From Promethearchaeota archaeon (GTDB lineage: Archaea; Asgardarchaeota; Lokiarchaeia; Sigyniarchaeales; SOKP01), in contig JAHPZJ010000024.1 in the NCBI GenBank assembly GCA_019058245.1, positions 30,036 through 94,035 on the forward strand: a DNA stretch of 64,000 nt, in the 5' to 3' direction. A program made the translations under genes and the position numbers. This document shows, one piece after another, positions 10,358 through 20,951 of the stretch (its first letter is position 1; every line of letters starts with the position of its first letter). A model generated the notes under the pieces. That model ran no database searches. It was given only the letters and a program-made list of their open reading frames with translations, and was not told where the DNA came from.

Positions 10358-11683
10358 TTAAGGAACATTATCAAGGGGTATTCCAAATTTTAAAGAGTAA
10401 CCAATTTTTTTAAGATCATCAGTGAAGTAGTTAGGATGCGTATACATGCTTATATGAATCCAATTATTATTTTTTAAGACTGAAATATGATGAGAAAACA
10501 TCCTCACAATACCTTGATTTAGAAATTCTATTTCTCCTTCCCTAGCAATATTTCCATCACTTAATGTTATTTGTTTATCAGAAATAATCTTGATATTTTT
10601 CGCTGATTTCTTTAAAACACTAACAATCGCCTTTGTGGTATCTTCCAACCTTATGGATGGATCAATTTCAGAAACACTTATATGCAGATTTTTGAAATTA
10701 TCTTTAGAAGCTGCAAACATTTGAGACGTATTGGGTATAGGATTTACTTGGACTAAGTAGTCAGGGTAAGAAATTGAAAATGCAAGCGATTCGGAATTGT
10801 ACTCATAAAAATTATCTTTTATTTCTCTTACAGGTGTAGGAAATTTTTCACTAATCTTTACTGCATCATTTTTTATCCGATCAAATCTATCTTTTATTAA
10901 GTCTATATACTCTGGATGAGTCATAATATAAAATACATCATTTTGAATAGCATAAATTACCATTTCTGCCACAACCTCTGGATCCATCCCTAATCCTGAC
11001 ATTTTTACAAGATTTTCTATAAGTGGTCGATTTATTTCTGCTTCTTTTGGTGATGGTCGATAAAAATCCTTAAGATCAGTCCTCAAACGAATTGTATTTT
11101 TTAAAATATTTGTATTTATTAAGCCCGGGCAAAGAACAGAAGCCCCAACATTAGTATTAAAACATTGATGTGCAATCATTTCACTTATAGAAACAACTGC
11201 GAACTTTGACGCAGTATAAGGGCCACCTCTCCCCGTAAGATGTCCTCCTACTGATGCAGTATTTACTATATGACATGGTTCTCCACTTTTCAACATACGT
11301 TTTAAAAAAGAAATAATTCCATGGATCACTCCAAAAAGATTAATTTTTAGAGTGTGATTCCAATTTCCTATTTCTAAAAGATGAGCAGGACCAGTACCTC
11401 CTACTCCAGCATTATTACATAGTATATTCACTTTCCCAAATTGCTCATAAGAAGCATTAGCGAGTTCTCTAACCTGATTTAGGTCGCTCACATCAGTAAC
11501 AAAGGATAAAACTTCAGCACCCATCTTATTAAGACTTATTAATGCATCGTTTAAAGATCTTTTATTAATATCTGCTATAACAATTTTCATACCTCGTTTA
11601 GCAAATGCATGAGCCAATGATAATCCAATCCCACTTCCCCCACCTGTAACTACAGCAACCTTTCCTTCAAAATTCTTTATCAT
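10358..11683 (-). CDS. SDR-family oxidoreductase fused to a C-terminal PsbP/Mog1-like domain
   Basis: TGGGSGIG, NNAG, YTASK. Likely start is MIKNFEGK at 11683. C-terminal FSISYP...EGEIEF...HISMYT...SLKF pattern. Confidence 0.85.
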   Translation of the reverse strand: MIKNFEGKVAVVTGGGSGIGLSLAHAFAKRGMKIVIADINKRSLNDALISLNKMGAEVLSFVTDVSDLNQVRELANASYEQFGKVNILCNNAGVGGTGPAHLLEIGNWNHTLKINLFGVIHGIISFLKRMLKSGEPCHIVNTASVGGHLTGRGGPYTASKFAVVSISEMIAHQCFNTNVGASVLCPGLINTNILKNTIRLRTDLKDFYRPSPKEAEINRPLIENLVKMSGLGMDPEVVAEMVIYAIQNDVFYIMTHPEYIDLIKDRFDRIKNDAVKISEKFPTPVREIKDNFYEYNSESLAFSISYPDYLVQVNPIPNTSQMFAASKDNFKNLHISVSEIDPSIRLEDTTKAIVSVLKKSAKNIKIISDKQITLSDGNIAREGEIEFLNQGIVRMFSHHISVLKNNNWIHISMYTHPNYFTDDLKKIGYSLKFGIPLDNVP

Positions 11684-11861
11684 AATTATCTTACTAGATA
11701 TTTTTTTTGATTTCTTAATACGTAGAAAATATGTAAGATTATTTAAAAAGTAATTCTTCAAAACAGTAATTTGATGTATTTTCAAGCAAGTTTTAGAAGA
11801 AAGCAAATAGTAACTTGATTTTCAAAAAACTTCTTTAGTCTTTTCTTCTATTTGTTTATTA

Positions 11862-13103
11862 ATGGCTGATAAATCAATTTCATGTCTAGTTGTTGGATTT
11901 AATACTCGTCCTTTAGCTTACTCCTTAAACAGAGCAGGATATGATGTTTATGCTGTAGATTTCTTTGGTGATTTGGATTTATTTCCATATGTAAATGATT
12001 CTATTGTTATATTGCAGGTTTTAAATAGTAATTATAATTCATTGAAGGATAAATATAGCCAATATTTAGTACAATATGCAATAAAATTATATTATAAACA
12101 TCAAGATACACATTTTTTCTTAATAGGGAGTGGTTTAGATGATGATTATGAAGGAAGAAAACTTATTTTAGATGAACTTAAAACATCTAATATTAAAAGT
12201 GTCAATAATGATTTAGAGATTATTGAAAGAGCTAGAAATATTGAATCAATTTTTGAATTTTTAAAATCTTACGGTTATAAAATACCAAGATCTTTTTCTT
12301 TTGAAGATTTGAACATACATAAATTAAACGTAGAATATCCTTTCATATTAAAAAAAAAGAGAAGTGCTGGAGGGATTAATGTATTTAAAATTAGAAATGA
12401 AAAGGAATTATTCTCTCACATAAAATCCTTCGAAGAAAAATTTTTTAATCCAAATGAATGGCTAATTCAGGAATATATTGAGGGAATTCCTGTAAGTTGT
12501 ACAGTAATTTCGAATGGTGAGGAATCTGAAGTTATTTCTATTAACCGTCAAATTATTGGTATGAAATGTCTAAATTCACCAAAATCTTTTATGTATTGTG
12601 GAAATATAGTCCCTGCAGGAATTTCGAAAGATCAAGAAAAAATAATATCAGAAATATCTGTTCTTTTAACCAAAAAATTAGGTTTAAAAGGGATTAATGG
12701 TTTTGATTTTGTATTAAAAGATAATTATCCATATCTTATGGAATGTAATCCTAGAATCCCTGGTTCAATTAGAGCTTCTGAAATTGCTTTAGATTTAAAT
12801 CTTTTAGACCTTCATATAAAAAGTTTTATCCCAAATCAATGGAACGAACTTAAAAAACTGATAAAGAATGCTGAAATTAAGTATATTGCCACAAAATTAA
12901 TATATTTTGCCCCCAAAAAAATTGATAAAAAAATAATACCAAAAATCAATAATCTAAAGTATATTCATGATAAATCTGAATCAGATAGAGATATTATAAA
13001 AGGGGATCCTTTATGTTCTATATTATATAAAGCAAAAAACCATTTAGAGTCTTATAATGGAGCATTAAAGATTGTAGAGAAAATAAATAATATAATTAAA
13101 TGA
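11862..13103 (+). CDS. ATP-grasp carboligase (COG2232-type, associated with C1/methanopterin gene sets)
   Basis: AVDFFGDLDL, SAGG, QEYIEG, YCGNI, GFDF, ECNPR. Confidence 0.85.
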   Translation: MADKSISCLVVGFNTRPLAYSLNRAGYDVYAVDFFGDLDLFPYVNDSIVILQVLNSNYNSLKDKYSQYLVQYAIKLYYKHQDTHFFLIGSGLDDDYEGRKLILDELKTSNIKSVNNDLEIIERARNIESIFEFLKSYGYKIPRSFSFEDLNIHKLNVEYPFILKKKRSAGGINVFKIRNEKELFSHIKSFEEKFFNPNEWLIQEYIEGIPVSCTVISNGEESEVISINRQIIGMKCLNSPKSFMYCGNIVPAGISKDQEKIISEISVLLTKKLGLKGINGFDFVLKDNYPYLMECNPRIPGSIRASEIALDLNLLDLHIKSFIPNQWNELKKLIKNAEIKYIATKLIYFAPKKIDKKIIPKINNLKYIHDKSESDRDIIKGDPLCSILYKAKNHLESYNGALKIVEKINNIIK

Positions 13104-13122
13104 CATCTTTTATTGAATTCTT

Positions 13123-13860
13123 CTATTGAATGATTGTTTTAATCTTTGCGATGTAACCGCCTAATTTTCTACCATCTGATTCAGGAACCGCGAGTGCTAA
13201 AAGGCGATTCTCATCTAAATCATGCAATATTACTGAACCATTTTCTCCACCAATTATGGAATATTCCATATGACTTTCTAGTAATACTCCAGATAAGTTA
13301 TATAAAGCTGCCACCATAGCTGAAAGAATTGGTTCAGGCATTGTAGACTGTATTTTTATTGGTAATCCATCTTTTGTAATTATTGCTAAAACAAGAGTAT
13401 TTGGTATTGCTCTTTTAAGACCTTTAAATATTTCTTCCTTAAGAATATCAGAAGTTTCAATAATAGCAGATATTTGCAGACTTAATTTTTGTAATTTATT
13501 TATATATGAATCTAATCCTTCAAGTTCAGCTAATTCTCTATTGAGATAACAAATCATAGTTAGATTTTCTACTAAAATTGAAAGAATAATCTGATCTTTA
13601 CCAGTAATTAAATTATAAGATACTTCTTGATTAAGCGAATCCCTTAACATTTTAGATGATAGATATACAAGGCTGCTATTTGCGGCAGTGACTTCTCCAG
13701 TCGTCATCTTCATATCTTTTTTGAAAATACTCGAAATTTGTGTTCCTTCTGGAGTTCCTACATTAATACCAATTATTGCTGATGAGGATTCCATTTCTTT
13801 TTCAACTAATTCTAAAACATCAGCTTTTAATTCCTCTAGAATCTTTTCTTGTCTTTCCAT
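13123..13860 (-). CDS. Tandem roadblock/LC7 (LAMTOR/MglB-like) domain protein
   Basis: Two ~120-aa units, VGTPEGTQIS...VTAANSSL and IITKDGLPIK...LSAMVAAL. Confidence 0.8.
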   Translation of the reverse strand: MERQEKILEELKADVLELVEKEMESSSAIIGINVGTPEGTQISSIFKKDMKMTTGEVTAANSSLVYLSSKMLRDSLNQEVSYNLITGKDQIILSILVENLTMICYLNRELAELEGLDSYINKLQKLSLQISAIIETSDILKEEIFKGLKRAIPNTLVLAIITKDGLPIKIQSTMPEPILSAMVAALYNLSGVLLESHMEYSIIGGENGSVILHDLDENRLLALAVPESDGRKLGGYIAKIKTIIQ

Positions 13861-14065
13861 GAATGAATATTAATATATATGAACATAAAAAGATATTCTA
13901 ATAATTGAGTAATAATTTTAGGAATATTGATATAGAAATATGTTCAACTTATAATATAGTAGATTACTATTTTACAAAAATTAGTAAAAAGAAATTGCAA
14001 AATAAACTTATAAAATGTAATCATTATAATAAAAAATATAAATAAAGACTATTGTGATCTTGTTA

Positions 14066-14872
14066 ATGGATAATTCATACGAAATAAAAAAACGTCTGGA
14101 AGCTAAAGACAGCTTAATAAAATTAAAGGATGAACAAATCAAAGCTCTTGAAGAAGCTCTAAAAGTAAAAGATGAACAAATCGAAACACTTGAGAAAACG
14201 ATAAAAACTAAAGACGATGGAACCAAAACTTTAGAAAAAACCTTAAAATTAAAGGATGAAGAAATAAAAAAGTTAAGCTCTGCAGCTATAGATCCAGATA
14301 TTGTAAAAGAAAAGGAAGAAGCAATAAGTCAACTCAAGAAAGAACTTGAGATACTAAACGAAGAATTAACAAAGGCAGATGAAGAATTAGAAAGCTTAGA
14401 ATTAGAAAATGAAAAATTGAGACAGGATAAATCTAGCTCTACTGATTCAGCAATAGTGGATTTTACAAAAATACAAATACCTAAATCTGAAATTCTTAAG
14501 AAAATGAGAGAAATATTAGAGAATTCAATTTCCAATGTTACTATTGTTGTTCCTACTATAGAAGATTTACAGGAACTTTATTTATATGAACTTAGATCTT
14601 CTGTAAGCATGAAGATTGCTTGTTCAATTAATCCTGGTATTAGTGAACACTCAGAACTATTAGAGGAGTTTGAAAGTTTAGATAATATTTCAATAAGAAA
14701 TTATGAAAGAGGAGATAGATTTGTACTGACTAGAGACGGAGAAGAACTCTTAATAGCAGTTAGAGGTAACTCTGAAAACAATAATTTAGTAGTCCATACA
14801 AAAGATCCGAAACATTTTAAATTATTAAATTCTATTGCCACAGAAGGCTGGATACAAAGTAGAAAAATATAA
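14066..14872 (+). CDS. Coiled-coil protein with C-terminal TrmB-C/PLD-like domain
   Basis: 14-aa periodic coiled coil followed by ILKKMREILENSISNVTIVVP...RDGEELLIAV; likely start ATG 14066. Confidence 0.75.
   Translation: MDNSYEIKKRLEAKDSLIKLKDEQIKALEEALKVKDEQIETLEKTIKTKDDGTKTLEKTLKLKDEEIKKLSSAAIDPDIVKEKEEAISQLKKELEILNEELTKADEELESLELENEKLRQDKSSSTDSAIVDFTKIQIPKSEILKKMREILENSISNVTIVVPTIEDLQELYLYELRSSVSMKIACSINPGISEHSELLEEFESLDNISIRNYERGDRFVLTRDGEELLIAVRGNSENNNLVVHTKDPKHFKLLNSIATEGWIQSRKI
14126..14275 (+). repeat. Degenerate 42-bp (14-aa) intragenic tandem repeat, about 3.5 units
   Basis: KDEQIKALEEALKV / KDEQIETLEKTIKT / KDDGTKTLEKTLKL / KDEEIKKL. Confidence 0.75.
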
Positions 14873-14884
14873 ATTATCTAATTT

Positions 14885-15613
14885 TTAGAAAATAGGGCAT
14901 TTTTCCTTTTCACATCTATCATTCTTATCAGAAAAAATACAATTCTTATAATTGTAATCTAATTCAATCTGAAAAGTTTCCTTTAAAAACTTCAAGGTTT
15001 CAAAAATAGAAAGTCTTACTGATCTTTTACAACAATGTTCTAAATTATCAGCAATTTTGTTAAGAGATCTTGATGTAATTTGATTTGCTAAGGTTCTAGG
15101 ATAATTTTTTGAAGGGGTTGCTCCCGTAAATATACTTATTGCCACTCCAGATCCCATCCCTGCACCACAAGAACCATAAAATCCACACCAGCCACCAGGA
15201 ATTTTAGATGCTCTTCTAATTGCTTCTTTTATATCAAATAAAGTAATTTCAGTTCCATCAGGTTTTTTTATATCATTATTCTTAAGTGCTGTAATAATAA
15301 CAGCTGGCGTCAAAACATGATGTTCTGGACCATAAACTTTGAAATTTGGATGTTTCATTATGGTATCAGCTAATTCAAATGGATCCTTAATTTTGGTCTC
15401 ACTACAAATTTTTTCAATGATTTCAATTGGACCTTTAGAATGACATGCATCACAAATATAATGTCCATCCTCACAGTAAACATTAGAATTAAATATTTTC
15501 CCACAAAATTCGCAGTTCAGTTCCTTATACTCTTCTTGTTTTATCGTATAAATTAAATTTCTACCGCAAATTTCACATTTATCGCTTTTTTTTTCCCCCA
15601 TTATCACTTTCAT
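14885..15613 (-). CDS. Cys-rich DUF5714-like protein with N-terminal zinc fingers
   Basis: CxxC clusters, GPEHH, GGWCGFYGSCGA, CCKR. Confidence 0.8.
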   Translation of the reverse strand: MKVIMGEKKSDKCEICGRNLIYTIKQEEYKELNCEFCGKIFNSNVYCEDGHYICDACHSKGPIEIIEKICSETKIKDPFELADTIMKHPNFKVYGPEHHVLTPAVIITALKNNDIKKPDGTEITLFDIKEAIRRASKIPGGWCGFYGSCGAGMGSGVAISIFTGATPSKNYPRTLANQITSRSLNKIADNLEHCCKRSVRLSIFETLKFLKETFQIELDYNYKNCIFSDKNDRCEKEKCPIF

Positions 15614-15621
15614 CCTCTTAA

Positions 15622-16485
15622 TTAACTAATTTCTATATATTTTCTTTTTCTTTTATTAAAATGAGCTAATTCAGAAAAACCTATCTTTTTCAACAATTTT
15701 ATCATTTTTTTAAATTTATAACCAAGATCTTTAGGACGATGAGCATCTGAACCTAAGAGAACTGGGATTCCCAATTCATAAATTTTTTCAATAATTTCAA
15801 AACTAGGATATTGTTCTTTTATTTCTTTTCTTAGACCTCCAGTATTAATTTCCATTGTTAAATCTCTCTTTTTAATAAGCTCTAGAGTTGCAATAACTTC
15901 ATCCATAACCAAATCATTGTTAATTGCTCTTTTATTGTATTTTTTTGGTAAATCAAAATGACTAACAACATCAAAATCAAATTCTTTTGATTTTATCATA
16001 TCCTGTAATTTACGATAATATTCCAGATAGATTTTATCTATACTCTCAAATTCTTTATACATACTTAAGAATCTTCTATCATCAATAGCAAAAAGCTTTG
16101 ATTTTCCATGTAATATATGAACAGAACCTAAGATGTAATCTAAATCATTCAACTTATTTTTAAGCTGTAAATTTAGAAAACTCTCATAGCTTTTGAAATA
16201 ATCAACCTCAAATGCAGTTCTTACCTGTATTTTATTTTTATATTTATCCTTTAATTCTTTTATCGTTGAGAGATATATATCTACTTCATTTAAACGCATA
16301 GAATATTCTTGATAAGGAACTTCCTCAATTAAGATAGGGCTACTCTTAAGATATTCATACGGAAAATGATCACTAATTCCAATAAGATTCAATTTCTTTT
16401 CAATAGCTTTTTTAATATAATCCTCAATTGAGCCAACTGCGTGATTACACATTTGATTATGAGTGTGATAATCTTCTAAAACCAT
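15622..16485 (-). CDS. hisJ: Histidinol-phosphatase, PHP family
   Basis: DYHTH, SDH, GSVH, HFDL, EINT, GSDAH; likely start MVLEDYHTH at 16485. Confidence 0.85.
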   Translation of the reverse strand: MVLEDYHTHNQMCNHAVGSIEDYIKKAIEKKLNLIGISDHFPYEYLKSSPILIEEVPYQEYSMRLNEVDIYLSTIKELKDKYKNKIQVRTAFEVDYFKSYESFLNLQLKNKLNDLDYILGSVHILHGKSKLFAIDDRRFLSMYKEFESIDKIYLEYYRKLQDMIKSKEFDFDVVSHFDLPKKYNKRAINNDLVMDEVIATLELIKKRDLTMEINTGGLRKEIKEQYPSFEIIEKIYELGIPVLLGSDAHRPKDLGYKFKKMIKLLKKIGFSELAHFNKRKRKYIEIS

Positions 16486-16640
16486 ATTGTATTTTAAAAG
16501 TATTTTAAAAAAGATAAAATTAATTATAACCAATTATAAGCTGATTTTTTAGAATTTAAGAATAAAATATTTGATGATGAATGTGAAGTATTTACTTGCA
16601 TTTTTGGTAAAGACGTAAAAGAAGAGTCTTAAAAATTGAT

Positions 16641-17426
16641 TTAATTATTTACACACTTAAAAACTATCTGCCAACAATACTGCTTTAAATAATTTATACC
16701 ATATAATGGGGATTCAATCTTATTTAGAATCTTATATAATAACCTAAAAAGAATGGGTTTTCTCAAAAAATTCCTGAAGAACATAGCTAATGGAGATAAA
16801 AGATAATATTCATAATGAACTAAATTTCCAAAAATTCTTTGTGATCTTAAAACATCTTTCATGAATAAGGGATGTTCGTATTTAGTTCTGCTTTTTGGGG
16901 CAAAATACTTTCTATTTAATTCTACTATTGGATTTTTTTTTAATGGTTCTATAAAGGAAATAAAACCTTTTTTCTTAAGCAATCGTTTACATTCTCGATA
17001 AAATAGATTTATGTCAGGTAAATGATGAATGATCCTTGATCCAACAATTATATCAAATGCATTATCTTCAAAGTCAGGAACTTGTGCATTCATAACTATA
17101 AAATCTATTTTAAGATGATTTTCCTTGCTCCTTATATTACATAAATCAATGTAATTTTTTGAAAGATCGATACCTGTTACAATAGCTCCTTTTTGAGCAA
17201 GATATAAAGAAAGATCACCTTTTCCGCATCCAACATCTAAAATTTTCTTATTTTTAACTTTTCCAATTAGATTTTTAAATTTTAAATGAGCTAATCTAAA
17301 AAAACTCTCATCTTCTAAGTCCTGAATTTTTCCTGATTGTAGTTTATTTTTACTATAATAAGATACTTCATTCTTGAAAATATGATTATATTTAGAAAGG
17401 GTTTTGGTTCTATCTATATCATTCAT
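16641..17426 (-). CDS. Class I SAM-dependent methyltransferase
   Basis: ILDVGCGKG, GIDLS, FDIIV, IHHL. Confidence 0.9.
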   Translation of the reverse strand: MNDIDRTKTLSKYNHIFKNEVSYYSKNKLQSGKIQDLEDESFFRLAHLKFKNLIGKVKNKKILDVGCGKGDLSLYLAQKGAIVTGIDLSKNYIDLCNIRSKENHLKIDFIVMNAQVPDFEDNAFDIIVGSRIIHHLPDINLFYRECKRLLKKKGFISFIEPLKKNPIVELNRKYFAPKSRTKYEHPLFMKDVLRSQRIFGNLVHYEYYLLSPLAMFFRNFLRKPILFRLLYKILNKIESPLYGINYLKQYCWQIVFKCVNN

Positions 17427-17551
17427 AAATATCGAATCTAAAAATATCAGTTATTTTAGATAATTATTTCTGAGTTTTTTATATTATTATCTTATTAATT
17501 GTTTTTATTTGAAGGTAATTTAAAGAATTAAAATACAAGGAAAAGAATTCC

Positions 17552-18208
17552 CTAATTTTTAATATACTGTTTGATATATCTTTGAACTTCGCTTGCAGGT
17601 TGAAATATTCCAAAATGCCCCTCACACAAAATATCTGCCTTCAAATCTAATAACTTTTTTAAGGAATTTTGATAATCTTGGAAATCACTCACACCAGGAA
17701 TTATAGGGCCATGCAAATCTTGACCAAATAATATTTTTTTTTTCTTATCTTCTGTTTCAAGTAAAATAGAGATAGATCCGGGAGTATGACCAGGAGTATG
17801 GAAACATTGAAAATCATAAATTCCAAATTTCAATAGTTCAAAATCTCCTTTCAATCTTTTTTCAAGCTTAACAGGTTTATAGTATATTCCATACCATCCT
17901 GCAACAGTTTCATTGTCGTGCCCTTCTTCTTCTATTGCATAAGCATCTAATTCATGAGCATAAAACTTTACTTTTTTATTATATTTTTTAAGATCTGAAC
18001 AAGCTCCTATATGATCGATATGAAAATGCGTAATAATACAATGTTTTATATCCATAGTATTTAATCCAAGTATACTAATTCTTTTTAATAAATCTAAACT
18101 CATCCCACAATCAATTAGGATAAGACCATCCTCACTCTGAGAATTAACTAGATATACAGAACAACCAACGTCTCCAACATGATATACATCTTTATAAACT
18201 TCTTTCAT
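17552..18208 (-). CDS. MBL-fold metallo-hydrolase
   Basis: THFHIDHIG, TPGHTPGS, GH. Confidence 0.9.
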   Translation of the reverse strand: MKEVYKDVYHVGDVGCSVYLVNSQSEDGLILIDCGMSLDLLKRISILGLNTMDIKHCIITHFHIDHIGACSDLKKYNKKVKFYAHELDAYAIEEEGHDNETVAGWYGIYYKPVKLEKRLKGDFELLKFGIYDFQCFHTPGHTPGSISILLETEDKKKKILFGQDLHGPIIPGVSDFQDYQNSLKKLLDLKADILCEGHFGIFQPASEVQRYIKQYIKN

Positions 18209-18274
18209 AATACAATCATTTTTTTTTAATGATATTAAGCCTTTTTTATATAAAACTCGTTATTTTTATATTAA

Positions 18275-19000
18275 TTATTCTTCCATAATTAAATTAAAAA
18301 GTTTGTCAGGATAGTCCGTATAAATGGCAGCTACTTTTTTATTATAATTATTTAATTTTAGAACTTTCTTCATACCCAATTTCGTATTTACACCCCATAC
18401 ATAACAATTAAAGTCATTTTCAACTACAATTTTAAATAAATCTTCAATATGTCTTGAAAATTTTAGATTAATTATATTTATATCTAATTTTTTTAATTTT
18501 TTAAAGCTCTGAGCTTCATATTTAATATTACTAATATTTGATGTTAATGTGTATATAAGCTTAACTTTTTTGTTTATATTTCTAAGGTGAGATAATACTT
18601 TCAATCTACGGTCAGTTATTACTATTTTATTTAGGAGCGCGTATTTTTCTGCGATAGTTAAAAGTTTAACCCCTACTTCTTTATTTTCAATATCAAAACT
18701 AAATCTTATATTATTTAAGTTATTTTTAAATACTTGAAAAACTTCATGAACCAATGGAATTACTCTTTCATCTGCAAATTTGATTTTTTTTATCTCTTCA
18801 AAAGTAAATTTTCTAACAGGATGGTATTTATTGTCTATTTTGAAATATCTATCATGAAAACAAATTAATTTTTTATCTTTTGTTGCTCTAATATCTGTTT
18901 CTATTCCTGCTCCCATACTTATTGCCTTTTTGAAAGAAATCATTGTATTTTCAATCTCATAACCTGAAGCTCCTCGATGAGCAAAAATATAGGGTTTCAT
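18275..19000 (-). CDS. Glycerophosphodiester phosphodiesterase
   Basis: AHRGASG, ENT, ETD, HD, TDYP. Confidence 0.9.
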   Translation of the reverse strand: MKPYIFAHRGASGYEIENTMISFKKAISMGAGIETDIRATKDKKLICFHDRYFKIDNKYHPVRKFTFEEIKKIKFADERVIPLVHEVFQVFKNNLNNIRFSFDIENKEVGVKLLTIAEKYALLNKIVITDRRLKVLSHLRNINKKVKLIYTLTSNISNIKYEAQSFKKLKKLDINIINLKFSRHIEDLFKIVVENDFNCYVWGVNTKLGMKKVLKLNNYNKKVAAIYTDYPDKLFNLIMEE

Positions 19001-19099
19001 TTTTAAATTAAATATCTGATCAATTTGTTAAGAATTGTTGAAAATAATAGTTTTTATAGAAATCAAAATTACTAATATTACTTAATATTTACCAAGATT

Positions 19100-19921
19100 T
19101 TGATTATTATGGAACAAGAGGATAATAATAAACAACAAAATGAGAATCTCTCCTTTTCAACAAGACTGAAAAATTATTTCAAGAATTTATTAGATTTTTC
19201 GCATTATGAAACAAAAACTCTAATATTCATTATTATATTTTTAATTTTAGTCATTCTCTCATTATTATTAGTAATTTACAACTATTTCATTGATCCCACC
19301 TTTTTATATTCAATTGTAGTCAATTTTTTTGTCAACCCAGTTCAAGCCCTAGGATTTTTTGGAATTCTATTTTTCATTGCTATAATGGCGCTTCAAGGCT
19401 TAATTATACCTATCCCTAGCGAAATCGTTCTTTTAGCTGCTGGAATGATTTGGGATGTTTTATATGGAGGAATAATGGGGATTATTGGATCATTAGCAGC
19501 AGGATTATTATGTTTTTATCTTAGCAGAAAAGGAGGTCGTCCCCTCGCAGAAAAACTTGTTGGAAAAAAAGCTATAAATATGGCGGATGATTTTATTGAA
19601 AAATACGGTATTTGGGCAATTCTAATCTCAAGAACACTTCCATTTATCGCTTTTGATCCAATCAGTTATGCATCTGGGATTGTTGATATGGATGCAAAAA
19701 AATATACATTAGGAACTCTAATAGGTGCAATTCCTCGTGCATTCTTCTTTGCTTGGCTAGGCTCTCTCTTTGGAATTGATCCTTCGAACACTAATATTAA
19801 AGCTCAATCTACTTTATTTAATTTGATCTTTTTAATCATAGTGGCTGTTTTAGGTGGAATATTCGTTATATATTACCTTTTGGGAAGATATTATGAAAAG
19901 AAGAAACAACAAAAAAATTGA
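19100..19921 (+). CDS. DedA/VTT (TVP38/TMEM64) family membrane protein
   Basis: PIPSEIV, RTLPFIAFDPISYASG, TLIGAIP. Confidence 0.88.
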   Translation: MIIMEQEDNNKQQNENLSFSTRLKNYFKNLLDFSHYETKTLIFIIIFLILVILSLLLVIYNYFIDPTFLYSIVVNFFVNPVQALGFFGILFFIAIMALQGLIIPIPSEIVLLAAGMIWDVLYGGIMGIIGSLAAGLLCFYLSRKGGRPLAEKLVGKKAINMADDFIEKYGIWAILISRTLPFIAFDPISYASGIVDMDAKKYTLGTLIGAIPRAFFFAWLGSLFGIDPSNTNIKAQSTLFNLIFLIIVAVLGGIFVIYYLLGRYYEKKKQQKN

Positions 19922-20043
19922 TTACCTAAATTCTAAATTACTATTTGCATTTTTTTCTGTAATAAATTTTGTTTAGGATAAATGTGAAAAATAATACTGT
20001 GATATTATTCCCCTTTTTAATTTAAGCCAATTTAAAATAGCGT

Positions 20044-20217
20044 ATGAATGAAAATGAAAAATATTTCAAAAAAATTGATTTTGACAGTAATTTTGAATTG
20101 AACTTGACAGAATTTTATAAAGAACTCAATAAAGCAATAAGTACAAGTAATCTCCAATCGATTTATGAGCTTTCAAAGATTTTCACGAGATATTTCTTTA
20201 AAAAAATGGATAATTAA
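20044..20217 (+). CDS. Putative 57-aa hypothetical protein (below the track cutoff)
   Basis: MNENEKYFKKIDFDSNFELNLTEFYKELNKAISTSNLQSIYELSKIFTRYFFKKMDN; fills an otherwise empty gap. Confidence 0.4.
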   Translation: MNENEKYFKKIDFDSNFELNLTEFYKELNKAISTSNLQSIYELSKIFTRYFFKKMDN

Positions 20218-20491
20218 AAATTTTCTAACTCAAATCTAAAAATACTGAGTTTACTCCTTTTTCTTGAATAGTTTATATTAGGATCTGATATATTGATAAC
20301 TATAGACTTTTATTTATTTAAAAATATTTTATAGTTTTTGTAAAAAAAAAATCTTTTTTGTGTACAAATATGGATTGTCCGTACTACTGTTATAAAAATT
20401 TTTCGATTTGCGTTCATTTAAAAATTCAAATTTTTATTATCAAAACATAGGTATAATAGATTAATAAACTACTAAAAAAAGAGGAAATAAT

Positions 20492-20749
20492 ATGACAGTT
20501 AGCCCACAAGACTATGAAAAAATAATAGAAGATAACCTAAAAGATGAATTAGATTGGTTAGTCGAAGAATTTGACCAACTTTTTAAAGAAAAAAATAGAA
20601 AATATACTCAAGAAGATATCAATATTGCTAATCGAATTCTAGATCAAATAATCGACGGTATTAAGACCAATAATAGTGAAGAGCTTCTAAATCTATTAGC
20701 CATTACATTAAACAGACTTGAGACTAGATTCCCAGAATTTTTTAGATAG
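20492..20749 (+). CDS. Small helical hypothetical protein
   Basis: GAGGA SD upstream; 85-aa amphipathic helices. Confidence 0.75.
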   Translation: MTVSPQDYEKIIEDNLKDELDWLVEEFDQLFKEKNRKYTQEDINIANRILDQIIDGIKTNNSEELLNLLAITLNRLETRFPEFFR

Positions 20750-20951
20750 GTTATAAAGTTAGATTTACTCCTATACCTAAATTATAAAATCCAAAGGATA
20801 GAAAATCCAAAAAAAATCAAAGTCCTAACACTTTTCTAATAATATTTTCTTCTTTAGGAAACAAAATCCCTAAAAATTGTGGAATAAATATATAAATAAT
20901 TTAAATAATAGATTTACTAATCATCAATATATAATTATAAATATCTTACCA

